DNA of 64,000 nt from a bacterium (GCA_965218795.1 OZ244653.1:1568001-1632000); one strand, 5' to 3'. Counted from the stretch's first letter, positions 21,674 through 31,033 are shown. A program made the numbers and translations. The notes: generated by a model not told the origin, from the sequence alone.

Positions 21674-21814
21674 TTTCCAATGGTTCAGTCGGGCGAACGA
21701 TTCCAGTCAGTCCGGTTTCCACCCCAGCAACGGGGAAGAGGGACCCGTGAACCCGCCCCACAGGCGATCGGGGTCCGGAGCAAAGGCGTCATCGGGATCG
21801 CCGTGAAACAGCGC

Positions 21815-21991
21815 TCAGTCGTCGCCGATTGCCGGTTCAGCATCCAAGCCGGAGGGAACCACGACCAGATACAGGCCATTGCCATCCGCATATTGACCCG
21901 GCTTCTTCAACGATCGTACCCGGACGGCTGTCAGAGCGTTGACCGGATGCGGGCGGCGGACATCGGTCTCACCGGCTCCGTCAATCCGCAT
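21815..21991 (-). pseudogene. Tyrosine integrase arm-type DNA-binding domain remnant (P4-like, DUF4102)
   Basis: NALTAVRVRSLKKPGQYADGNGLYLVVVPSG N-terminal signature, then loss of homology and a stop. Confidence 0.75.
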
Positions 21992-22228
21992 ACTTGATGG
22001 TGTTCTGAATTGTATATGAGTGAAATCGATCATTTTGTAAATCGCTTGAAATGAGCAACGTAAAATAGATTTTCGGTATACCGCTGCATTCATCGCCTGG
22101 AAGCTGTTTCAGACCCTGTCGGCTTCCGACGTTCAGGAGACGCTGGATATGCACCGGAAGCCACCGGCGTCAGCCGTGTCCAGGTTCGGCACCGGGCAAG
22201 ATCGAACGCTATGAAACTTCATGGGAAC

Positions 22229-22312
22229 TGGATTTGCCCCGTTTCGGTGGACACTTTCAGACTGTGCGCAGGAGTTGTTCAGATGCCGAAAGCCCATCCG
22301 CCTTACGCGCTG
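22229..22312 (+). mobile_element. IS3-family left-end remnant with start of OrfA
   Basis: TGGATTTGCCCCGTTTCGGTGGACAC resembles an IS3-family terminal IR; AGGAG RBS then MPKAHPPYA, cut off at about 22311. Confidence 0.6.
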
Positions 22313-22870
22313 AGCAGGATCGGAAATAACTGTAGGGGCCAGTTTTACCGTGTCATACCGTGCCTATGCGTGTCATACCGTGCCAGAGTGGGTGGGGTGC
22401 CGTGGCGGCGCGCCGCAAAGATGCGTTTCAAATGCTGGTCAAACGTCACAATTCCGACCGCCGCCTTCCTGCGTCGGACGCCTGAATACAGCGTAACAAG
22501 CGCCTTTTCCGGGACAAATTAAAGACATGAGGGGTTCACAACACCCCTGGGGCCGGGATGGCCAGGCAGGCCGGGACCCCAAAACGACAAAAATATCTGT
22601 AGATTTCGGCCTTGCAACGGTCGAAAAGGCCCTTGCAACGCCGTTTCATGGGCGGTTCCGGGGCCTTTTTTCGTGGGGCGCCGCTTGCTCTCCCTCCCCT
22701 GAACGGGGAATCGGCGAAAGTCCGGTCCGCCGGTGCGGCCCCTTCATGTATCACTCCCCCCTTGAGGGGGAGTCGGCAAGGCGCAGCCGAGCCGGTGGGG
22801 GGAAATCGGCTGTTCGCCTTCACGCGACGGAGGGAGTGGAGCGGCCTTGTTGCCGGACAAGGGCGGGAAA
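22311..22870 (+). repeat. Left copy of a long modular non-coding element (MITE-like)
   Basis: Matches the reverse complement of 30290-31033; block 22491-22536 equals rc(30797-30842) at 45/46 positions. Confidence 0.85.
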
Positions 22871-23101
22871 CCAGTCTCCCTCGCCCCCGCCCTGTGAGCG
22901 AGTCCCCCTGACGAGGGGGGACAGGGAATTGTCCGTGCGCCCAACACTCCCCGCATCACGCATAATCGCGCCTTGGGTGGGCGATGCCGTCCCGGCCCCG
23001 CCGCCAACGACCCGCCTCGCCGTGGGAAGCCCTTTCGGTTATGATTCCGGTAGCTGACGAGGACCGCCCAAAGAATCCCGATGAGAAAAGAACCCGATTG
23101 A

Positions 23102-25888
23102 ATGCGCCTGTCGTGGAATGAGATTCGCGTCCGGGCCGCCGCCTTCGCCGAGGAGTGGCGGGACGCGGCCTACGAGAAGGGCGAGACGCAAAGCTTCTAC
23201 AACGACTTCTTCCAGGTGTTCGGCGTCCTCCGGCGGACCGTCGCGCGCTACGAAGAGCACGTCAAGCGGCTCGACAACACCCACGGCTACATCGACCTGT
23301 TCTGGCCGGGCGTCCTGCTCGTCGAGCAGAAGAGCGCCGGGCGCGATCTAGACCGCGCCTACGACCAGGCCGGGGCGTATTTCGACGCGCTTGCCGAGCA
23401 CGACCGGCCCCGCTACATCCTCCTGAGCGACTTCCAGACCTTCGAGCTTCACGATCTTGATGAACGGGAGGCCGTAACCTTCCCGCTTACGGACCTGCCC
23501 GGTCACGTCGAAGCGTTCGGCTTCATCCTGGGGGTTCAGAAGCGCGTCTTCCGGGATCAGGACCCGGTCAACATCGCGGCGTCCGAGCTCGTGGGCAGGC
23601 TGCACGACGCCCTTGCCGAGGCGGGCTACCGGGGCCACGACCTGGAGCGGTTCCTGGTTCGGATCGTGTTCTGCCTGTTCGCCGACGACACCGGCGTCTT
23701 CGAGCCGCGCGACATCTTCCTGGACCTGCTTGAGAACCGCACCGCCGAAGACGGATCCGATACCGGGTCGCGGCTGGCCGAACTGTTCCAGGTTCTCGAC
23801 ACTCCGGAAGAGGAGCGCCAAAAGACGCTCGACGAGGACCTCGCCCGGTTCCCCTACGTGAACGGCGCTCTGTTCGAGGGGCCGTTGCGCATCCCGTCGT
23901 TCGACGCTTCCATGCGCGAGGCCCTGCTGGATGTTTGCCGGTTCGACTGGTCGAACATCTCGCCCGCCATCTTCGGCTCGCTGTTCCAGTCGGTCATGGA
24001 GCCTGCGGAGCGCCGGGCCCAGGGCGCCCACTACACCACCGAGAAGAACATCCTCAAGGTCATCGAGCCTTTGTTCATGGACGACCTGCGGTCGGAGTTC
24101 GAACGGCTCAAGGCCCGCAAGGACAGCCGCCGTGTCGCAGAGCTTCGGAGGTTTCAGGAAAAGCTGGGGAGGATGACGTTCTTCGACCCGGCCTGCGGGT
24201 GCGGGAACTTCCTGATCATCGCCTACCGGGAGCTGCGCGAGCTTGAAATCGCGGTGATGAAGGAAATCCATCCCCACGGTCAGTTGGATGTGCTGGCGGA
24301 AACCCTGTCCGTGATCGACGTGGATCAGTTCTACGGAATCGAGATCGGCGAGTTCCCGGCCCGGATCGCCGAGACCGCCCTGTGGATGATGGACCACATC
24401 ATGAACAACCGGCTCAGCCTGGAGTTCGGCCAGACCTATGCGCGGATTCCCTTGCGGACTTCGCCGCGCATCGTGAACGCCGACGCGCTGGAGACCGACT
24501 GGACGGAACTGCTGAAGCCGGAAGACTGTTCCTTCGTGTTCGGCAATCCGCCCTTCGTGGGCGCGAAGTTCCAGACCACGGAGCAGCGCTCCCAAGTGCG
24601 CCGCATCGCCGCCCTGGGCAGGACCGGCGGCACGCTCGACTACGTGACCGCGTGGTTCATCAAGGCCGGGGAGTATGTGCGAACGAGCCCGGCCCGCATC
24701 GGCTTCGTCGCCACCAACTCCATCACCCAGGGGGAGCAGGTGGCGCAGCTCTGGCCGATCCTGTTCGACCGCTGCAGGCTGGAGATCGCCTTTGCCCACC
24801 GCACCTTTGCCTGGGGTTCGGACGCCCGCTGGGCGGCCCACGTGCACGTCGTGATCATCGGTCTTGACCGGCGTAAGAATGCGCGGTCGGACAAGCGCCT
24901 GTTCAGCTATCCCGACATTAACGGCCAGCCGGAGGAAACGCTTCATGCCGCGCTCTTGCCCTACCTGTTCGACGCCGGGCGATTGGCGGACCCTCACCTC
25001 ACCGTGCGCGAGGAAGGCAGGCCGATTAACGGGGCACGAAGACTGATCACCGGATCCAAACCCATCGACATGGGATACTTCATTTTCAATGCCGAGCAGC
25101 GAAGGGACTTCTTGGCAGCGGAACCGGGCGCTGCACCGTTCTTGCGTCCGTTCGTGGGCGCGCGGGAATATCTGCGAGGCGGGGAACGCTGGATTCTCGC
25201 CCTCCACGACGCGCCGCCGAACGAGTTAGCGCAACTGCCGCATGTACGAGAACGCATTGCTGCTGTCCGCGCGTACCGTGAGGAAAGCGACAGCCTGCCG
25301 ACGCAAAAGCTCGCGGAGACGCCGACGCTCTACCATGTGAACGTGATCCCTACTGTGCCGTTCCTGGTGATCCCTGAAGTGAGTTCCGAGCGGCGGGAGT
25401 ACATCCCCATCGCATGGATGGAGCCGCCCGTGATCCCGAGCAATCTCGTTCGTATAGTCCAGAACGCCGCCCTATACGACTTTGCCCTGCTTACCTCCGC
25501 CATGCACATGAGCTGGCTGCGCTATGTCGGCGGACGGCTAGAGAGTCGCTACCGCTACTCCATCGGCCTTGTCTACAACACTTTTCCGCTACCGCCCGTT
25601 GGCGAAGAGGAACTGGAACGCCTTGTTCCCCACGCCGAGGCCGTCCTCGACGCCCGCGCGAACCATCCCGATGCGACGCTGGCCGACCTCTACGACCCCG
25701 ACCTCATGCCTGCCGATCTGCGCAAGGGCCACCGAGCCCTCGACCGCGCCGTGGACCGGCTCTACCGCCGCGCCCCCTTCCCCTCCGAACGCGAGCGCGT
25801 GGAGCACTTGTTCATGCTCTATGAGAAGATGCGTTCGCCCCTGGAAGCCGGGGTGAAGGCGAAACGGAGGAAAAAGCGGCGGGGGTGA
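23102..25888 (+). CDS. MmeI-like (Type IIL) fused restriction endonuclease/N6-adenine methyltransferase (YeeA-like)
   Basis: N-terminal IDLFWPGVLLVEQKS nuclease-type motif, GAHYT, FFDPACGCGNF (motif I), GNPPF (motif IV), C-terminal TLADLYDP. Confidence 0.92.
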   Translation: MRLSWNEIRVRAAAFAEEWRDAAYEKGETQSFYNDFFQVFGVLRRTVARYEEHVKRLDNTHGYIDLFWPGVLLVEQKSAGRDLDRAYDQAGAYFDALAEHDRPRYILLSDFQTFELHDLDEREAVTFPLTDLPGHVEAFGFILGVQKRVFRDQDPVNIAASELVGRLHDALAEAGYRGHDLERFLVRIVFCLFADDTGVFEPRDIFLDLLENRTAEDGSDTGSRLAELFQVLDTPEEERQKTLDEDLARFPYVNGALFEGPLRIPSFDASMREALLDVCRFDWSNISPAIFGSLFQSVMEPAERRAQGAHYTTEKNILKVIEPLFMDDLRSEFERLKARKDSRRVAELRRFQEKLGRMTFFDPACGCGNFLIIAYRELRELEIAVMKEIHPHGQLDVLAETLSVIDVDQFYGIEIGEFPARIAETALWMMDHIMNNRLSLEFGQTYARIPLRTSPRIVNADALETDWTELLKPEDCSFVFGNPPFVGAKFQTTEQRSQVRRIAALGRTGGTLDYVTAWFIKAGEYVRTSPARIGFVATNSITQGEQVAQLWPILFDRCRLEIAFAHRTFAWGSDARWAAHVHVVIIGLDRRKNARSDKRLFSYPDINGQPEETLHAALLPYLFDAGRLADPHLTVREEGRPINGARRLITGSKPIDMGYFIFNAEQRRDFLAAEPGAAPFLRPFVGAREYLRGGERWILALHDAPPNELAQLPHVRERIAAVRAYREESDSLPTQKLAETPTLYHVNVIPTVPFLVIPEVSSERREYIPIAWMEPPVIPSNLVRIVQNAALYDFALLTSAMHMSWLRYVGGRLESRYRYSIGLVYNTFPLPPVGEEELERLVPHAEAVLDARANHPDATLADLYDPDLMPADLRKGHRALDRAVDRLYRRAPFPSERERVEHLFMLYEKMRSPLEAGVKAKRRKKRRG

Positions 25889-25906
25889 CCAATCTTCAAC
25901 AGAACA

Positions 25907-26773
25907 CTAACGGGTGAATCCATAATCCCAGCGATTCTTGAGCTCCTCATCTTCGTCTTCGTCGTCGGCGAATACGTGGGAAGAAAGAATGGTCAGCGTC
26001 TTGCCATAGGTCCCGAGGCCAACGACCTCCTCCACACCCGAGATGGACCGGTGGCCGCCAAACCAGTCGCGCAGATCTGTTTCGCCTTCGCGACGCCGTG
26101 CATGTGTCACATTGGCGGGGTCACGGTTAAAGGCGTCGGTCTCAACGCCTGCGGGTAGCGATTGGCTCTTTTGGGGCCATTCCAAGTCATCGAAATCCTT
26201 CAACGGTTTCGACATGAAACAATAATCGATACGTGGACCGATGCTGATCACCATGGCCACCGGGACGCTTGCCTCGTGGATGTAGCGGTTGGCTGCTGCC
26301 GTGAGCGAGGTTACGCAGCGATCCGCCATAGATTCGACTGCCTGCAATCCATCGCCAAACTTCCGTAATTCCTGTGAGAGCAGTGAGTCGGGCATCAACA
26401 GAGCTCCAGCAAAATGATCGGCTTCACGCTCGTAGTGATCATCTGCGGCAAATCCGGCGTGCGATTCATGAATGCCATCATGGGGCAAGATGGCCTCTAC
26501 GTGACCAGGAAGCCGGTAATGCCCGATTTCGTGGGCAACGCAGAAGCGCTTGAATCCTTCATTGTTGATATGAGTGGCGTAGCCGATGGCAAATTCGTTG
26601 CCACGGCGTATGAGCATCCCTGATACCCCGCCGGTAGCGGGCTTGGGCTGAACCAGAACACCCAGCGATTCAGCAATGGCGATGGGGTCGACTGGTAGGC
26701 AATCGATTTCAAGCTCCTTGATTAGCCGCTCGGCTTCATGGGCTGCGAATAAATCATGCTCCCTGCCCGCCAC
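25907..26773 (-). CDS. capP: ImmA/IrrE family metallopeptidase (CapP-like)
   Basis: RFCVAHEIGH (HExxH), EREADHFAGALLMP, TSLTAAA; directly follows the XRE gene; next to a CBASS. Symbol assigned from context. Confidence 0.85.
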   Translation of the reverse strand: MAGREHDLFAAHEAERLIKELEIDCLPVDPIAIAESLGVLVQPKPATGGVSGMLIRRGNEFAIGYATHINNEGFKRFCVAHEIGHYRLPGHVEAILPHDGIHESHAGFAADDHYEREADHFAGALLMPDSLLSQELRKFGDGLQAVESMADRCVTSLTAAANRYIHEASVPVAMVISIGPRIDYCFMSKPLKDFDDLEWPQKSQSLPAGVETDAFNRDPANVTHARRREGETDLRDWFGGHRSISGVEEVVGLGTYGKTLTILSSHVFADDEDEDEELKNRWDYGFTR

Positions 26774-26774
26774 A

Positions 26775-27134
26775 CTAATTGTCCTTTTTTTCGCGTTTCT
26801 TAGCTCGTTCAGCAAGCATCTTGATCATATCTTCAGCGAAAGTGCGATCCGAACCTTTCAGTTGGCCGAGATGACGATGAAGCCTATCAGCGCCTGCAAG
26901 CCCAGCGGGGTCGTGAACACGGCCAAGCAGATAATCGGTTGTGACGTTCAGCGCATCCGCCAGCCGCTTGAGGTTATCGAAGGACGGCTTGCGCGCACCG
27001 ATTTCAAAGTGAGACACGGCGGATGCCTGAAGGCCGGTGATCCGCGCCAACTCGGACTGGTTCAGATCTCGTAGTTCACGCGCCATGCGCAATCTTTCGG
27101 GAAAAATATTCGAGGGTTGGGTTGATTTTTTCAT
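26775..27134 (-). CDS. capH: XRE/Cro-CI HTH transcriptional regulator (CapH-like)
   Basis: LNQSELARITGLQASAVSHFEIGARKPS..LADALNVTTDYLLG; divergent from the CD-NTase. Symbol assigned from context. Confidence 0.88.
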   Translation of the reverse strand: MKKSTQPSNIFPERLRMARELRDLNQSELARITGLQASAVSHFEIGARKPSFDNLKRLADALNVTTDYLLGRVHDPAGLAGADRLHRHLGQLKGSDRTFAEDMIKMLAERAKKREKKDN

Positions 27135-27240
27135 GACGAGATCGTATATTGAAGATGACGTTATTCGAATAGCTGAAATCGCCTTTTTTTTAGCGTTTCA
27201 GCATGACGAGTTCGTTAAGTATAGACGACGAAAACGTCGT
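27132..27240. promoter_or_regulatory. Divergent capH/CBASS promoter region with repeated candidate operators
   Basis: CATGACGAG(A/T)TCGT at 27132-27145 and 27202-27215; palindrome ACGACG-AAAA-CGTCGT at 27225-27240; AT-rich. Confidence 0.6.
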
Positions 27241-27306
27241 TCACAACAATTATCGAAACTACGCTCCGGCCGAGTTGCCGGGGCAACCAATCAAGGAGGG
27301 GAAACG

Positions 27307-28575
27307 ATGGCTTCTCCAAACGTTAGACAGTCTCCGCGGCCACCCCTGACTGATCCGGTGGACATGCTCCTAGCTGACGTGGCTATCCGCGTCCAGCTCA
27401 GCCGAACCGATTATAACAAAACCGTTAATAGGTATCAGGCAATCAACCGCTGGATCGAACGCGTCGAGAGCCCGCTGGAGGATCGTGTCGAATTATTTTA
27501 TCCGCAGGGGTCTATGGCGATCAACGCCACAATCGCATCGAAGCTCAAGACGGACGAGTTCGACATCGACGTGGTGGCGCAACTCGATCTTCCGGCAGAC
27601 GTATCGCCCACAAAAGTCCTGGACCTGTTGCACCAAGCGATCAAGGGAGAACCGGGTTCCAGATACCATCGGATGGTAAGGCGGAGAACGCGGTGCGTTA
27701 CCGTCGATTACCGCGATGACATGCACCTCGATGTCACGCCGATGCTACGCCGGGCGGGGACTCCGGAGCGGGAGAGCTGGATATTTCACCACAGACCGGA
27801 AACGCCACACCAACCGGGTCGTCGGCTCGTCGCCAACCCTTATGGCTTCGCCGAATTGTTCAAGGACAGCACACCACCCGATCACGCCTTCACCGAGGAT
27901 TTCGAGACGCGGGCGGGCGAGTGCGAGGCGCGGATATTCGCAGAAATGGCGGACAGCGATCCTGTTCCACCCCAGGACCTGTCATTTCGAAAATCCAAGG
28001 CAGTGATCGTCCTCCAACTCCTGAAGCGCTGGCGTAACGTGCAATACGACAGGCGTGATGGCCGACGACCACCATCGATCATGATGGCGAAACTGGTGGC
28101 CGACGCTGCGAACCATACGGACCGACTGTCGGAGGAAATGCTACTCCAGGCCGATCACATGTTGTCCGTATTCCAGCGATACCACCACGGAGGTCATCTC
28201 ATTCGCGTTGTAAACCCGGTGTGTGAACAGGATATTCTGACTGATCGCTGGCCAGGGTCGTTGGAGGACCAAGCGGTGTTCATCCGCGACCTCGAAAACT
28301 TTGTTGCTAAGGTCGAGCGCCTGGTTTCCGGATGTGATCTTGGAAAAATGCGGGAAATCATGGCGGAACTATTCGGCGAAGTGCCAACAGGGGATGCTTT
28401 CGTGGCCTTCAACCAGCGTTTGGGCGACAAAGTTCATGGCGGAAGTCAGTATAGCCCCAACAACGGCAGACTGGTCGTTCCGGCAACAGCGGCCGGGGCA
28501 AGCATGACGGCGCCGTTGGCAACCAGCACAACGCCAAAACACACCTTCTACGGCGGTGATCGGCATAGACAATGA
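27307..28575 (+). CDS. CBASS cGAS/DncV-like nucleotidyltransferase (CD-NTase, SMODS type)
   Basis: PQGS..T..DEFDIDV, MHLDVTP, ANPYGF, QLLKRWR, PPSI and NPV motifs; C-terminal HTFYGG; AAGGAGG RBS. Confidence 0.9.
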   Translation: MASPNVRQSPRPPLTDPVDMLLADVAIRVQLSRTDYNKTVNRYQAINRWIERVESPLEDRVELFYPQGSMAINATIASKLKTDEFDIDVVAQLDLPADVSPTKVLDLLHQAIKGEPGSRYHRMVRRRTRCVTVDYRDDMHLDVTPMLRRAGTPERESWIFHHRPETPHQPGRRLVANPYGFAELFKDSTPPDHAFTEDFETRAGECEARIFAEMADSDPVPPQDLSFRKSKAVIVLQLLKRWRNVQYDRRDGRRPPSIMMAKLVADAANHTDRLSEEMLLQADHMLSVFQRYHHGGHLIRVVNPVCEQDILTDRWPGSLEDQAVFIRDLENFVAKVERLVSGCDLGKMREIMAELFGEVPTGDAFVAFNQRLGDKVHGGSQYSPNNGRLVVPATAAGASMTAPLATSTTPKHTFYGGDRHRQ

Positions 28576-29015
28576 GTCTGACGATTTGGAAGCAGATCGA
28601 ATCCATGCGGCGGAAATGGCCGGACTTCCGGGTTCTTCAACGCACGAGCCAGATTGCATATTGGGAAGGGAAACTGCGGCCTCTAAGCCAAGTTTACACT
28701 GTTAGGATATTCTTTTACCGCGAACGAAAAAACTACCGCGCTGAGATTTCATCGTCTACGCACGTGACGGTAATCGACCCGCTGCTGCGCCAACGGATCG
28801 AAGATCCGGACGAGCCAATCCCGCACCACTACCCGAACCAGCGCTGTCCTGAACAACCAATACTCTGTCTGCATGATCCGGACGCGCATGAATGGGATCA
28901 TTCCCGTCCAATCGCCCAGACCATCGTCCCTTGGACGATTGATTGGCTGGCTTGCTACGAAGGCTGGCTTGCCACAGGCGAATGGACCGGCGGCGGGAGG
29001 CACCCAACGGCCTAG
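28572..29015 (+). CDS. Stand-alone prokaryotic E2-like protein of CBASS (type II short)
   Basis: WEGKLRP, IPH, LCL (candidate catalytic Cys), IAQTIVPWTIDWLACYEGWLATGEWTGGG; ATGA overlap with the CD-NTase. Confidence 0.8.
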   Translation: MSLTIWKQIESMRRKWPDFRVLQRTSQIAYWEGKLRPLSQVYTVRIFFYRERKNYRAEISSSTHVTVIDPLLRQRIEDPDEPIPHHYPNQRCPEQPILCLHDPDAHEWDHSRPIAQTIVPWTIDWLACYEGWLATGEWTGGGRHPTA

Positions 29016-29020
29016 GGGAT

Positions 29021-30091
29021 ATGACCATGTCCGACACCATCGAGGAAAAGCCTCCGAAACGATCCGCCGGGGCGCTCAAACAGCGCCGCGTTCCGCTACC
29101 TTGGCCGGAAAAGCGGGACTTTCGCATCCTTTCCATTGATGGCGGAGGTATCCGTGGGATATTTCCCGCCTGTTTCCTTGGAGGGCTAGAAGAACGTTAT
29201 CTCGGCGGTTCCTCGGTGGCTCAATATTTCGATCTCATCGTCGGAACCTCGACAGGCGGCATCATTGCCCTTGGGCTCGGTTCCGGGTTCCGAGCAGCCA
29301 AGCTGCGGAATCTTTACATCGAACGCGGATGCAAAATCTTCCCTCCCGTTCACAACGGCCCTATTGGAACTGCGGAACGCCGCCTGAGGGACTTCTGCAA
29401 ATATTTCAAGTTTCGTTACGATCGGAAGGCGCTCATGCGCATTTTGCGCGAGACTCTCGGCGACCGAAAATTCGGCGAGGCGCGGTCACGGCTGTGCATC
29501 CCTTCCTTCGATGGCCGATACGGTGAAGTGTATATATTCAAGACCCCGCATCATCCCGACTTCCGCAAGGATGCCAAGGAGCGTATGACGAAGGTGGCCG
29601 AAGCCACCGCGGCCGCACCGACGTTCTTCCAGCCGCTTGTAGATGGCGGTTATACGTTCGTTGACGGCGGGGTCTGGGCGAACAACCCCACTATGATCGC
29701 GTTGGTCGATGCGCTTTCATGTTTCTCCGTACCGCGTGAGCGCATCCGTATTCTGAGCCTGGGCTGCGGAGATGATCCATACGTCGTTGACGAACCGAAG
29801 GTGTCGCGAGGCGGCATCTTGGCTTGGCGCGACATCATTGATGCCGCGATGCGGCTTCAGTCCGCCAATGCCCTCGGGCAAGCCGGATTGCTGATTGGCG
29901 CGGATAGGATCATTCGGGCCGACGCGCCGACGAGCGAGCAAAAAATCGAAATGGATGACTGGAGCCGCGCAGTGACAGAGTTACCCAACGCAGCGGACGC
30001 AGCCCTCGACGAGTTGGGCCAAGCCGTGGCGTCGGTATTTCTCTCGGAGCCCGCCGCTCCTTACCAGCCAGTTCTCGTTTCGGCATCTTAA
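29021..30091 (+). CDS. capV: CBASS patatin-like phospholipase effector (CapV-like)
   Basis: ILSIDGGGIRG, GTSTG nucleophile, AAAPTFF, DGGVWANNP, LSLGCG. Confidence 0.9.
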   Translation: MTMSDTIEEKPPKRSAGALKQRRVPLPWPEKRDFRILSIDGGGIRGIFPACFLGGLEERYLGGSSVAQYFDLIVGTSTGGIIALGLGSGFRAAKLRNLYIERGCKIFPPVHNGPIGTAERRLRDFCKYFKFRYDRKALMRILRETLGDRKFGEARSRLCIPSFDGRYGEVYIFKTPHHPDFRKDAKERMTKVAEATAAAPTFFQPLVDGGYTFVDGGVWANNPTMIALVDALSCFSVPRERIRILSLGCGDDPYVVDEPKVSRGGILAWRDIIDAAMRLQSANALGQAGLLIGADRIIRADAPTSEQKIEMDDWSRAVTELPNAADAALDELGQAVASVFLSEPAAPYQPVLVSAS

Positions 30092-30289
30092 GCAGCATTC
30101 ACCCGTATCCGCCGTGTAAGGATCTCCTTTGGTGTCGCCCTGAAAGTGCGAGACGGGTGGGGAACCGCTCTGGAGTACACGCCGCTGCGGGATTCCAGGG
30201 ACACCCTACAGAATGAATGACTTTCGGATGGGTGGGCCGTAGCGTCCGTGCACGGTCAGGGGCGCACGGGTCGTGGCCGTAGGGTTCTC

Positions 30290-31033
30290 GCCGCCGTCGG
30301 GCAACAAGGCTGCTCCGCCGCGTGAAGCCGAACGTCTATCTCCCCCCACCGGCTCGGCTGCGCCTTGCCGATTCCGTTTTAAGGGGGGGGAGTGATTTGA
30401 AGGACCCGGGGAGGGAGAGCAAGCGGCGCCCCACGAAAAAAGGCCCTGGAGACGCCTATGAAACGGCGTTGCAAGGATGTTGCAAGGGGCGTGCATTGCC
30501 TCTTTCTGATAAGTACCGATCGGCTTGTCTGGATTCCCGCTTTCGTCCGGCAACAAGGCCGCTCCGTCGCGTGAAGCGGAACAGCCGTGTCCCCCCACCG
30601 GAAAATCCGCAGGCTGCGCCCTTGATTTGCCGACTCCCCCTCAAGGGGGAGTGATGTATGAAGGGGCCGCACCGGCGGACCAGGTTTCTCCCGGGTGCGC
30701 TGTGTGGCCCTCAGCGGGGCGCCTGTCTGCCTGTCTGCCGGCCAGGCAAGCCGGCCCAGGCAGGCTGTCCGCCCATCCCGGCCCCACGGCGGTTCAAACC
30801 CCTCATGTCTTTAATTTGCCCCGGAAAAGGCGCTTGTTACGCGATGTTTAGGCGTTTGAGGCAGGAAAGCGACGGTCGGATTTTGGGGCGCAGGATCAGG
30901 CGTTCACGCGTACGTTTCGGAGCGCGCCGACGGCCCCCACCGCCACTTTTCCACGGTATTCCACGGTATCCCACGGTATCCCACGGATAAACACGGTATT
31001 TTCCCTCTCTACAGTTATTTACGATCCTGATCA
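30290..31033 (-). repeat. Right (inverted) copy of the long modular non-coding element
   Basis: Reverse complement begins TGATCAGGATCGTAAATAACTGTAG versus left TGAGCAGGATCGGAAATAACTGTAG; internal modules shared. Confidence 0.85.
30951..31000. repeat. 10-bp-period tandem repeat CCACGGTAT(C/T), about 5 units
   Basis: ccacggtatt ccacggtatc ccacggtatc ccacggataa acacggtatt; mirrored by ATACCGTG units at about 22345-22384. Confidence 0.9.

Noticed and set aside
22527-23057. 176-aa ORF and the similar 130-aa ORF at 30206-30598
   Set aside because: Shared peptide strings come from the repeat element; frames are not conserved between the copies
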